Source of the DNA: Octopus bimaculoides
Taxonomy: Eukaryota
NCBI RefSeq assembly: GCF_001194135.2
Contig: NC_068982.1
Coordinates: 153,499,938 to 153,556,237, forward strand
DNA: 56,300 bases
Direction: 5' to 3'
The position numbers and the translations under genes are program-made. Within the stretch, counting starts at the first letter, position 1. Every line of letters starts with the position of its first letter. Shown one piece after another: positions 1-10,335 of this stretch. The notes under the pieces are model-generated. The model ran no database searches. It saw only the letters and a program-made list of their open reading frames with translations, and was not told the origin of the DNA.

Positions 1-252
1 AAAAAGTTTCGCAGAGTAGGAGCTATTTTATACATTTCCAGACATTTCCTAATCCAGCTATGTGGTAGGCTATCAAAGGCCTTTTTATAGTCTATCCAGG
101 CTATTGACAAGTTTTTGTGTCGCTTGTGACAATCTTCTAAGATCATCTTATTGATGAGTAGCTGATCTTTACAACCATAAGATCCACGTTTACATCCCTT
201 TTGCTCATTAGGGAATATGCTACTTTCTATTAAAAAACTATAGGTGTACTCG

Positions 253-253
<1 letters not shown>
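1..253 (-). mobile_element. R4/Dong-type non-LTR retrotransposon, RT domain fragment (5'-truncated, continues beyond left edge)
   Basis: Minus-strand translation [62 protein letters not shown] matches the EQKG / KDQL / WIDYKKAFD motifs of RLE-clade RTs. The 5' end abuts (AAT)n at 254-290. Confidence 0.9.

Positions 254-290
<37 letters not shown>
254..290. repeat. (TTA)n/(AAT)n microsatellite between two tandem R4/Dong-type elements
   Basis: About 12 TTA units, read directly. Confidence 0.95.
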
Positions 291-755
291 TGCCTTTGCA
301 CGGCTTCTAACGCTGGCGATGTACTACGGTGTCAGCTGTTCACTACCAGTGAACTAAGATAACACCGCCTATTTTTCGAGCACCCTCCGGAGTATTCCAG
401 GAGTTCCAAGCAGTGCTGTTTTCTTCAAGTGCTCTACCCTATTTGTTCCATGTACTTCTCAAGATTTTTATTCACTGTTCCCAGGGCTCCGACAGTTATT
501 GACACTGCTGCCACCTTTTTCAGCGACCACAACTGCTTAACCTCCCAAGCTAACCTGTCATATCTATTGACTTTTCTTTCTTCCTTATCGCATAACTTGT
601 TGTCAGCTAAATCTGGTCCTGGGCCCTTCCAATTCGATGTTTTTCCTAACACATTAGTTATTAATGCACTAGTTAATCTTTGATCTGGCTGCTTCTCACT
701 CACCACTTCTTCCCTTATTGAACTGCCGTTGTACACGGATATCTCCCGAAGAAAC
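291..755 (-). mobile_element. Internally deleted R4/Dong-type element (pre-RT segment fused to RLE C-terminus + 3'UTR)
   Basis: ORF 434..736 reads ...SNWKGPGPD then DNKLCDKEERKVNRYDRLAWEVKQLWSLKKVAAVSITVGALGTV. After a frameshift it reads KKTALLGTPGILRRVLEK, then a 3'UTR ending in (AAT)n. Confidence 0.85.
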
Positions 756-1444
756 TGGATTATTATATAACTTCAAATCTTGAAATTTCTTTGATGTATA
801 CTATTTTCCAGTCAATACGTGGAGGGCCGTCAATCTGTTTTTTCAATATCTGAGGTCCAGAGAATTCTAAATGTCACTTCATTTATTTATTTTAGTTTCA
901 GGAATTTATTATCTACAGTAAATTTCGATTTGATTTCTTCTACTAAAAAAGTAAAACCTAAAACCATGAAAGTGCGTAGCACGAAATTTCTCATGTGAAA
1001 AAAACATCCATTTAGTCTTCGGAAACACAGTCATTTTTTAAAAAACGAATTTTAAAAATGCACAGTGAAGAAAATTGCCAATAAAACAATTGAAATACTC
1101 ACAAGCACAGAAAATAAGAAAGTTTCGGTATCCTGGAATGCAACCTAATATAGTATAAAGTACGTTTACCATGACAATACCAAAACGCACGAAGCGTATA
1201 TAACATACACTTGTCAAAAGAAGAAAAATAATTGAAATGCAGCAGAAGGAAAGGGGACTCTGAATAAAAATAAAATGAAAGCCTTTCCAACCTTTCTTGG
1301 TTTGTTCAGGATACTTTAATTAGGCGGACCAAAATATGACTATCTGAGAAAGTGAATCTAATCTGGTAGACCTCTGTGACAAGAAGCAAATCAGTGCCTC
1401 TCACCCTCAACAGAGAGAGAGAAACAGAGGAAGAAGGAGACATT

Positions 1445-1530
1445 GTACGTGCGCGCGCGCGTTCGTGTGTGTACGCGCGCGCGTGTCAGCGCGTGCGTAT
1501 GTGCGTGCCCGTGCGCATATGTGCATATGT
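1445..1530. repeat. CG/GT-rich alternating purine-pyrimidine tract (Z-DNA-prone)
   Basis: GCGCGCGCGCG and GTGTGTACGCGCGCGCGTG runs, read directly. Confidence 0.7.
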
Positions 1531-1799
1531 GTTCTGGTATGTGATATTGATAACGCTGAGGATGGAATTAAGGGATAAGCTAAGTTCGTGTACCTTACAC
1601 CTTACTATAGAATAATACAATTTTTAGATCGAAGTAATATTGCGGCTACCGTAAAAAGCGTCAGTGTTAATCTCCAGTTCGTAGCCCTCACTTCGACCGT
1701 TCGTAGCTGAATGAAAGTTCTATGGATATATATGTCACCAAAGCTTGTATATCAATATGTCACTTGAACAGAAATCGATGCAAGAGTTATATTTTCTAG

Positions 1800-1910
1800 T
1801 GGATGCAAAAAAATGCTGCAAGAATGGTTGCTGAAGGAAGAAAGTGCAAGTGTTTCACCTTTGGCAATAAGTGCCATTCCAAAGCATTCTGCCCAAAAGT
1901 GTTCTACAAG
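1800..1910 (+). pseudogene. Decayed CCHC zinc-knuckle segment, probably LINE (L1/Tx1-type) ORF1 relic
   Basis: RMVAEGRKCKCFTFGNKCHSKAFCPK becomes CFTCGNKGHSKAFCPK (C-x2-C-x4-H-x4-C) with two single G>T changes. The V-x-x-EGR before the knuckle resembles L1/Tx1 ORF1. Confidence 0.4.
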
Positions 1911-2924
1911 CAAAATGAAAAACCAAGAGAACGTAGCTATAGCTGCTATTCCCAGCGCAACTCAGCTCTGTTCGGAGACATGATAATAATTCATTTTGGC
2001 CTTTCATGGTAAGTAACATCGCCTCATCATTTCATCGTAATGAAGATGAAATTGAAAGTGAACCCCAGGAAAGTTAAGGAATGTTGAGAAAAAAAAGACA
2101 GAAAATGTATTTCAAGTAAACATATAGGAAGCAAAATGGGTATAAAAAGCCAGTCCCTACTCGCCTGCAGTTCTTCTCGAAACAAATGACTGGAGGATAA
2201 ACTATACTACTGATGGGAAACGAAGAAGTGGAGAACGAACTGACTGATAAAAAGATGAGTTTATATTGTGAAAGGCACAGAAGAAGATTATGGATATATG
2301 TTGCGTAACCGCGTGCATGACGTGAAGAATTTTTGTCAAGTTCTACACCAAAAATTTTTGTGACACCCTAGAATACAGCAAATCCGATGCTTGGCTAGAA
2401 ACCAGTGTCTTATGTTTCTCTCACACAACGTATCTGACGAGTTTTCCACCGCATGTGTGAGGGATTTGGGGGATGCAGTGTCTCAAATACTATGGTCATG
2501 TGTGCATCATTATGCGGTGGATAGAACTTAGTGTAAGCTGAATTATTTTCAAATCTTTTTTTTTCTCATTGCATAATGTCTTTCTTCATTTCGTTTTTAA
2601 CCATTTCCGTTTGTCCAACCACGCCTTTCTAGCCCAGGTATATGTCTGAATACTTGTAATTTATAAAGAGCAGACTAATTTTATTGTTCTTGTTGCAAGC
2701 TGGCAAACTCATTAGTGACTCGAGGAAAATGCTGAGAGGCAATGTTTTTTTTGTAGTTGTTTTGGGCATTTGATTGTAGATAGAGGGACGAAAATAAGGA
2801 TAGAGTACTTGCCCTAGTACCAGGGTGGTTGTAGTTTGTAGAGTTTCCACACTTTTTTAATTGCATCGTATATCACCGTATTTGAACTTTCTGTAACCCT
2901 TTAGTATTTAATAAAGAAGTTTTT

Positions 2925-3103
2925 ATTGTTATCAATTATTATTTTTGTTGTTGTTATTGTTATTATTATTGTTGTTGTTATTATCATTATTATTATTAGT
3001 ATTAGTATTATTATTATTATTTTATGTTTGACTTTTGTTTTGCATTTGTACAAGTTGGATCCAAGTCTCACCCAGAGACCTCAAGAGACAACAAGTTAGA
3101 AGT

Positions 3104-3161
<58 letters not shown>

Positions 3162-3200
3162 CATCATCATCATCATTACCACCATCAGTATCATTATTAT
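2925..3200. repeat. Compound (TTA/TTG/TCA)n microsatellite enclosing an ~80-bp unique insert (3025-3103)
   Basis: Trinucleotide tracts lie on both sides of a non-repetitive core. On the minus strand the core ends in ...caaacataaaataataat, like a LINE 3' terminus (inference). Confidence 0.75.
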
Positions 3201-3969
3201 TCACTCCCAATCTGCCAAGACGCTCTCTTGATAGCTAGGAAATTCAGTATAATTTACTCTGACAAAAATAGATGAATATCATTATTTTTTTATCTGGATT
3301 ATACAAAGCAGGACATTCCAAGCAATTTTGGAGTTTATTTTTATCAAAATAAATGAGGAAAGTGAGTCTTTTAATAGTTTGGTTTACTCTTCGGATATAT
3401 TAAATAATGGCGTCAGTGAGGACAACAAACGGATTGTCCTTTCAAATACTGTAAAAAAAAAATCTGAACAGTTCACTTTAAACAAAATAAATGGAAAACT
3501 TGTTTTAGTCAAAAGATGTACGCCAAATAAAGAGCATGGGCATAATGGAACAAAAATGACTTCATTACTGGTCATGAGAGTTAAAATATCCAATACACAC
3601 GAAATTCAACACACACATACACATACGCATACAAACATACACATACACGCATACACATACACACGCATGCACACATATTGTATCAAATGTATATACGGAC
3701 ATCACTTTCTGTAATGTTGTTACTAATAGAGCAAAACTTAACATAAAAGAACTTGCGGAACGAAAAACAATTTTGCAATCATATTTAACAATGGAAAATG
3801 GCATTCTTCTGATCATATTATAAAGGAATATAAATATAGAAAATTACACCTAATGGTCTAACTAGAGACAAAACAACTACAAATAGTTCAAGTGAAGATT
3901 TAAGAAAACGTTGTGTCTTTTAACCAAGGTAAGAAATGCACTGGTCTTTATTTGTAGAAACACAAGTGT

Positions 3970-4312
3970 ACTCTCAAACGGATGTACTTACTACAACTGG
4001 CACTCCGTCGGTTACGACGACGGGAGTTCCAGTTGATCCGACAAACGGAACAGCCTGCTCGTGAAATTAACATGTAAGTGGCTGTGTACTCCACAGACAT
4101 GTGTGCCCTTAACCTAGGTCTAAAGGACATTCAGCGTGACAAAGCTGGCCCTTTGAAATAGAGGAGCTACTCATTTTTGCCAGCTAAGTTGACTGGAGCA
4201 ACATGAAATATAGTGTCTTGCTCAAGGATACAACTAGTCACCCGGAATTGAAATCACGACCTTACTATAGTGAGTCACAAATGCCCTAACCCCGAAGCCA
4301 CATGCCTTCACT
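3970..4312 (-). mobile_element. tRNA-derived SINE, family A
   Basis: The minus strand starts gtgaaggcatgtggc...atttcaattccggg and carries the ccttgagcaagacact...gttgctccagtcaacttagctg core shared with the copies at 16222 and 18707. Confidence 0.8.
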
Positions 4313-4399
4313 CTACTCACTACTATAATATAACTGTGCCAGTAAGTTTCTGAGTTAAGTGGGATTATGCAATTTCTGTAATTAATCACTGTGCCCAAT

Positions 4400-5400
4400 T
4401 ATTATCTAATGCCTTAGGAAAAGTATACTGCATAAGCCCACTTTTCTTTATAGTCTATGTAAACGACATATGAAGCGTCATCAAACACACCAGAATAAAA
4501 ATGAGTAGATGACTTCAATCTCTAGAAAACCATCGTAGAAGAAGACCGAACTGAAATCAAGTATGCTCTACATGCTGTAAGTCAATGGGCGGACAAAGAC
4601 AATATGCGGTTAAATAAGAGATAATTTGACCTCAGGCTCTTTGGAAAAAAGACTGCGCTCAAACAACCATACTTTTTTCCTTCAGGAATTCAGCAATATC
4701 AGTTACATAGGAGAGATTGCTGATAACAATCTCAGCTTGATTGCCCACATCAAGAATAATGTTGATATGGTTCACAAGGTGAGCTCCTGGATCCTCAGGC
4801 GTTTCGGGTCGAGAAAGCAAGATGTCATCATTCCCCTTCTCTTTTCCTTTGTATGGCCACTCATACAATACTGCACCGACATCCACCCCCGACACCAAAT
4901 ATGACATTACTAGAATTGAATCACTCCGAGATCATTCACTAAAAAATAAAAGGCATAACTAATCTCGATTTTTGGAGCTGCCTTAAAACATTTAATCCTT
5001 ATTCTCTCAAGTGCCATCGTTAGCGTTACATCATTTACACTATGTGGAGAATATATCAGAAGCAAGCGTTGCCCAAATGCTCTTGAAATCAGACTAAGAA
5101 TTTATCCAAAGGTAGGACCACGTGCTACACACCACCTTTACGTTTCAGGCTCCCAATACATAAATTCAATGCAAAAGAATGTCTTTTCTTCCTCAGGCCC
5201 TTCTCTATTTAACATTATCCTAAGACACATAAATGAAGAAAACGATCGCGTCACCTTCATATGAAACGTGGGCAAATTTCTTCAACGAATACAAATAAGC
5301 AACCAATGATTAGATACATCTCAGTCGACAACAACTCCCTACTACAATGGGCCACAATACTACAAAATCGCTCTTTAAAATGACTTAACAGATCTCATCA
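4400..5400 (+). mobile_element. CR1-clade LINE, decayed RT C-terminal half
   Basis: Frameshifted translation gives SPLFFIVYVNDI, IADNNLSLIAHIKNNVDMVHKVSSWILRRFGSRKQDVIIPLLFSFVWPLIQYC, DITRIES, SGPSLFNII and DNNSLLQWA, all typical CR1 ORF2 C-terminal blocks. Confidence 0.8.
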
Positions 5401-6685
5401 GGTGGTGCTATTGAGTTGGATAAGTTCTGGATCAGTCTTTGGTCGAAATATATCTAGGTTATCTAAGTGCTCTTCACTGATCTGATCTTGGTAAAGAACA
5501 CACTTACATTGGTGCGTTGTCTTCTTCATTCAAGCCTCACTGGAATAATTACAAATCTACATTTAGGCATAACGAAAAGGATAATAGGACATCACTAGCT
5601 AAATTTGTACATCTGAATGATAATGTTATTGAATTTAAAATTGCATGGTCTATTATATGTGTCGTATAAAGGTGGCGGTGGCTGATGTAGGATCTGCATA
5701 CTTGCACCATTCCATATTAATAGAATTAAATGGAATATTATTAATCCACGTGATGAATTGATTGTAAGATACCAGCATCTTAAAAATAAATCATTCGTGC
5801 ATCTCAACTATATTGAATCTTACACGAAACTATTATATCTACACTAATAAACTTTATGACCTACATCAATGCTATTGAATAATTCCCTAATTTGTTTAAC
5901 CATAATTTTGACCCATCTTAGTATTAAATAATGTATTAGACTATATTCAGATATTCCGCTATTTGTAAGAAGAGAATACTTATTACCATTAACACCAGGA
6001 CATTAATACAAATCGTTCATAAATGCTAGCTAATCCACTACCCTGCTTAACCATTTGTCTTTACCTTTGTAATAGATAATGTATTAAACCGTATTCATGT
6101 ATTTTACTACCTAGATTAGTACGATTGAATAATTCATTACCTTGTTGAGAATAACCTAGTTTCAGCTTAGTGATAGATAAAGTAGTGGATAATATTCAAT
6201 TTTGCTATCTGTAAAAAGGATTATCTCTTATAGATGCAAGCAGCTTAAATCTAAACAGTTCTTACAACTATACCTAAACAATGAATTGTTGCCTACACTA
6301 ATAAACTTTTAACGTGTATCAATACTAATTAATAATTCCCTATGTCGGTTATCTATATTTTGATCTCGCCTTAGTATAAGACCATATTCAGATATTCTGC
6401 TATTTGTAAGATACTTTCTTCCCGTTGTTGTGTAAAATTCTAGTCTATCATATTTAATGCCTAGACCATATTTTTCATATTAGAGTCATCCGATAATAAA
6501 CGCACGATTCTATAATTCTACACTTTGAAACCTCTGCATGTTCCTGTTTAGATATCGTTTCCCTTTTCTTATTGTGTAAAATTCAATAAATTTACTGTTA
6601 TAAACCTGTCTTGTAGATTCAGTTTAATTGAAAAGTTTACCTTATAGTATTATAGACTGAATGCGTGTTTATATTCATATGCTTC

Positions 6686-6975
6686 TAATGGGTTATCCCA
6701 TAAATTATGTGGGTGTTTTATAGTTCTTTTATTTTTCAAAATCAAGGTAAACAAAGTTATATTTTACGCTGAAATATAGTCGCTTTCATTTTCTACAATG
6801 CTCTTCGATATATCTGATAGAATTGCAAGACCCCTTTTCAAAATTCAATTGTTCGTGAGGAAAAGCACTCTTCCAGTACTGTTCTGACTTCGTCTACAAA
6901 ATTCACATTTTTCTCCGTCCAAATAGTTTTGAAGATTGCAGAATAGATGATAATCAGATGGGGCAATGCCCGACG
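6686..6975 (-). mobile_element. Mariner 3'-end fragment (TIR + transposase C-terminus)
   Basis: 6815-6965 aligns with 25125-25270. The TIR-like atgggttatcccataaatt matches the ends of the element at 24993-26212. Confidence 0.8.
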
Positions 6976-6988
6976 AATAAGATGGGTG

Positions 6989-7038
<50 letters not shown>

Positions 7039-7846
7039 ATATATATATATAACTATGTTTGTGTGTATGTATTGGTGAGTATGCTTATGTTCATTTATTT
7101 GCGTGCTTATAACTGTCTGTGTATGCTTACTTGTGAGTACGAGTAGGTACACATGTGTATGATTCTATGTAGGCGTGAGTACTGTTTTAGTTTTTCTACT
7201 GTTCATTTAGATAGAATATATTTTGAGGTCTTTTGACCGCTTAATCTAATTGAAAAATAAATGTTGTTCAATATCATCTCTTGGTATAATTTTATTTATC
7301 CATCTGTCTTTTCCCTATTGAATTACTTAATATTTTATTAGATTTTGTTTAAATATACATTCTATATCATATTTACTTTTACTTCTTATAACTACTTTAT
7401 TTCTACCGTACCTTTCTGTCTTTTGATAACATTAGTGATGGTCAATTCCTTGAACTTGTATCCATCTCCGTAATTGATATGGAACAACATATATATATAT
7501 TATTTAGATATATTTTAATGACCATGGTAAGGTAATTTTATCTTGTATCTGTTTCCATATATTGTATATATAAACAGTCCATTTTCTATGTATAATTTGA
7601 GCTGGAGCATTGGTGTCACGATGACTTTCAAGTGATGTGATGTACTCACTTTATTTATCTGAAATGGCTTATAAATTATACAATTTGTTGGATGATGCGT
7701 CGTATGCATATTAGTGCGAGTATGTAAAATAATTTATTATACACTGAAATTATTAATACAGTTCTATATTTAAGAGATGGGGAATTATGTACATTATTTA
7801 CATTATTTACATTTGAAGGATATTTGTCCTCATCTTGTTTGTTGTT

Positions 7847-7892
7847 AACACAACATTTCGGCTGATATACCCTCCATTCTTCATCAGATCTC
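7847..7892 (-). ncRNA. Minimal type I hammerhead ribozyme, copy 1 (mutated stems)
   Basis: gagat CTGATGA a gaatg-gagggtatat-cagcc GAAA tgtt gtgtt. The core is canonical, but the stems and ACGT carry substitutions. Confidence 0.6.
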
Positions 7893-7963
7893 TTGCGGAA
7901 ATTTCGAACCTGGGTTCTCATTCCTAAGGTATTTTTCGATGTTATTATTATTGTTATTATTAT

Positions 7964-8038
7964 TCAGGTCACTGCCTGGAATCGAACTCGGAATCTTGGA
8001 GTTAGTAACCCGCGCTCTTAGCCACTACGCCAAATGGC
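7964..8038 (-). other. tRNA-like Pol III head (pseudo-tRNA)
   Basis: A box TGGCGTAGTGG and B box GAGTTCGATTCC, but no proper acceptor stem. Followed by (AAT)n. Confidence 0.75.
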
Positions 8039-8084
8039 CAAAAAATACCTTAGGAATGAGGACCCAGGTCCTAAATTTCCGCAA

Positions 8085-8130
8085 GACACCAGATGAAGGC
8101 TGGAGGGTATATCAGGCGAAACGTTGTGTT
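8085..8130 (+). ncRNA. Minimal type I hammerhead ribozyme, copy 2 (core U4>A)
   Basis: GACAC CAGATGA a GGCTG-gagggtatat-CAGGC GAAA CGTT GTGTT. Helix I GACAC/GTGTT and the palindromic ACGT helix III are intact. Confidence 0.65.
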
Positions 8131-8349
8131 AACAACAAACAAGATGAGGACAAATATCCATCAAATGTAAATAATGTAAATAATGTACTGAAATTATTAT
8201 TACATGATGAAGGCTGCCAAACGACCGTAATCCTAAATATATTCACCTCTCACATTTAGTATACGCGCGCGCGCGCGCAAATACGTACATATATACATGT
8301 ATGTATATACATATGTACTTGTATATATATATATATATATACATACAGT

Positions 8350-9772
8350 AAGTTACCACACATGTACGATCTCCCTAGGCTTCACGAGGATTGTATTCCA
8401 TTAAGACACATAATGGTCTGTAGAGGTACAGCATGTCATCCACTGAGTCGCTTCCTTGTGGATATAATCAGTCCATTAACAGGAAAGTCAACATCGTCCG
8501 TGAAGAATTCCATGCACTTCACAGAATTGATCAAGGATACCTAATTGGCTCCAACCAGATGGTGAGACTAGATGTGATAAGCCTGTTCACTAAAGTCCCA
8601 TCTGATGAAGCACTCTCAGTGATTCAAGAAAAACTGGTGACAGACGCCTATCTGAAAGAACGCACTAGTATACCAATAGGAAACTTGATGGAAGTATTGA
8701 CCTTCTGTGTAGAAACTACCTACTTCAGAAAAGACACTGATATATTACGACAGTAGAGGGTTTAGCTATGAGTTCGCCATCATCACCGATAATACCCAAT
8801 ATATACATGGAATACTTTGAGAATCTGGCTTTAGGATCAACACTACTAAAACCAACCTTATGGCTGCGATATGTTGATGACACCTTTATACTCTGGCCCC
8901 AGCAGGAAGATGTCCAAGTACTGTTAGATCATGTGAACTCAATGAAAGTCATCCATACAGTTGACAATGGAAAAGTAGAAAGACAATAAGTTAGCATTCC
9001 TGGACGTATTACTAACACGCACCAAGTTGGACCCAGGACATCCGTATACCGCAAGCCAACCTTCCCCGCACGATACCTCAACTTCAATTTCCACCGTCCA
9101 TACAGTTTAAAGAGAGGGATTGTTCAGTGCCTAAAACATCGAACAAAGAATATAAGTAGCGATCCTGATTCACACCACGAAGAAATGATCAAGCCAAGTA
9201 ACACTCTATTGAGCAACAACTACCTCCAAGACATACTATTCACTCCAATTGTGAAAGGAAGAGAGGATGAAACCCATAAACTGACCACAGTCTGTCTACC
9301 CTAAGTGAAAGGCCTCTCGGAAAAGATACAAAATATATGCGGTCCATATGACATCAGGACAGTATTCAAGAGTAATACAACACCTCGCAAATATCTCCTT
9401 CGAGTAAAACCACCAATAGAAGAGAATATGACCAAAGATTCCGTGTACTCCATCCCATGCAACTGTGAAAGGTTATACAAAGGTGAAACATGTCGTCCCC
9501 TCAAAATAAGGGTATAGGAATATCGCAAAGCTGCAACACGAGGAGATATTGATAAATCGGGTATAGTTGATCATGTATGGAAAAACGGAGACCATCTCCC
9601 CCTGTGGGATGAAGTTAAAATAATAGACAGAGAACACCACTGGAAAATAAGAAAACTAAAAGAGGCAGCACATATCCTAGGACATAATAACCTCCTAAGC
9701 AGACCTAGTGCAGATATGAGTAGCATATGGGAACCAGTGTTAAGGAAGGATAGGGAAATATTAGATTTATAA
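8350..9772 (+). mobile_element. Penelope-like element (Penelope/Poseidon type), decayed RT + GIY-YIG endonuclease, 5'-truncated
   Basis: MYDLPRLH..IPLR, LDVISLFTKVP, AMSSPSSP..NIYME, WLRYVDDTF, TSVYRKPT, VYSIPCNC..LYKGET.RPLKIRV, HWKIRKLKEA. In-frame stops near 8754, 9302 and 9515, plus frameshifts. Confidence 0.93.
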
Positions 9773-9802
9773 ACCCTAAAATTCACTCCATAATTGCCAA
9801 CC

Positions 9803-10035
9803 GGCATATGGCGTAGCGGTTAAGAGCGCGGGTTACTAACCCCAAGATTCCGAGTTCGATTCCAAGCAGTGAACTGAATAATAATAATAATAATAATCGG
9901 AATAATTATTTCGAACCCAGGTTCGAAATACCCCAGAACACTAGATGAAGGCTGAAGAGTACATCAGCCGAAACATTGTGTTAATAACAAACAAGATGAG
10001 GACAAATATCCATCAAATGTAAATAATGTAAATAA
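9803..10035 (+). mobile_element. 3' repeat (pLTR) of the Penelope element: tRNA-like head, (AAT)n, hammerhead copy 3 (9937-9982)
   Basis: Starts ~30 bp after the ORF stop. A box TGGCGTAGCGG, B box GAGTTCGATTCC, then AACAC TAGATGA a GGCTG..CAGCC GAAA CATT GTGTT. Colinear with 7789-8038 (minus strand). Confidence 0.85.
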
Positions 10036-10234
10036 TCCTAAACATGATTCAAAATTGATTGTGAATATTTGTAGTCACAAGACTTTTCTAAATTATCAGA
10101 TCTTTTATCAAACTAATTACGATGGTAGAATATAAATGCTTCATCACTAATTTTCTATTTTTACATTCTGAATTTAGAATTATAATATTAGCATTTCTGT
10201 CCGGGAGCGGTGCTAGTTATTTTATCTGATATAT

Positions 10235-10335
10235 AAATTGATTTCAAATTTTAGCGCAAGGCCAGAAATTTCAGGCGAAGTGCTGAAATTCGACTTCATC
10301 AACCTCAGTATTCAGCTGGTACATATTTTATATAG
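10235..10335 (-). mobile_element. Degenerate 3' part of SINE family B
   Basis: tttcaaattttagcgcaaggccag...cagctggtacatatt aligns with 55929-56020. Confidence 0.5.

Larger units (their letters stand above)
7756..8186. mobile_element. Palindromic non-autonomous element: tRNA-like head + (AAT)n + hammerhead pLTR, with inverted second pLTR copy
   Basis: Inverted arms 7789-7936 and 8041-8188 (148 bp, 11 mismatches by my count). A direct repeat ACTGAAATTATTA at 7743-7755 and 8187-8199 flanks the unit. Confidence 0.85.

Noticed and set aside
1800-2008. Plus-strand exon (ttttctAG ... atg|GTAAGT)
   Set aside because: The frame carries a zinc knuckle with two ligand/glycine positions destroyed, which is better explained as a decayed LINE ORF1.
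2750-2768. 19-bp exact match to 20764-20782 inside the Dong element
   Set aside because: It is low complexity with no flanking similarity, and plausible by chance in AT-rich DNA.
5850-6420. TPR-like reading on the minus strand (LQIAEYLN ... GNYSIAL)
   Set aside because: There are multiple stops, and the period does not fit a 34- or 42-aa repeat.
7964-9875. Apparent tRNA genes (anticodon loop TTACTAA)
   Set aside because: There is no paired acceptor stem, the sequence runs into (AAT)n, and it is embedded in a repeat module. These are pseudo-tRNA heads, as are the SINE A/B/C heads.
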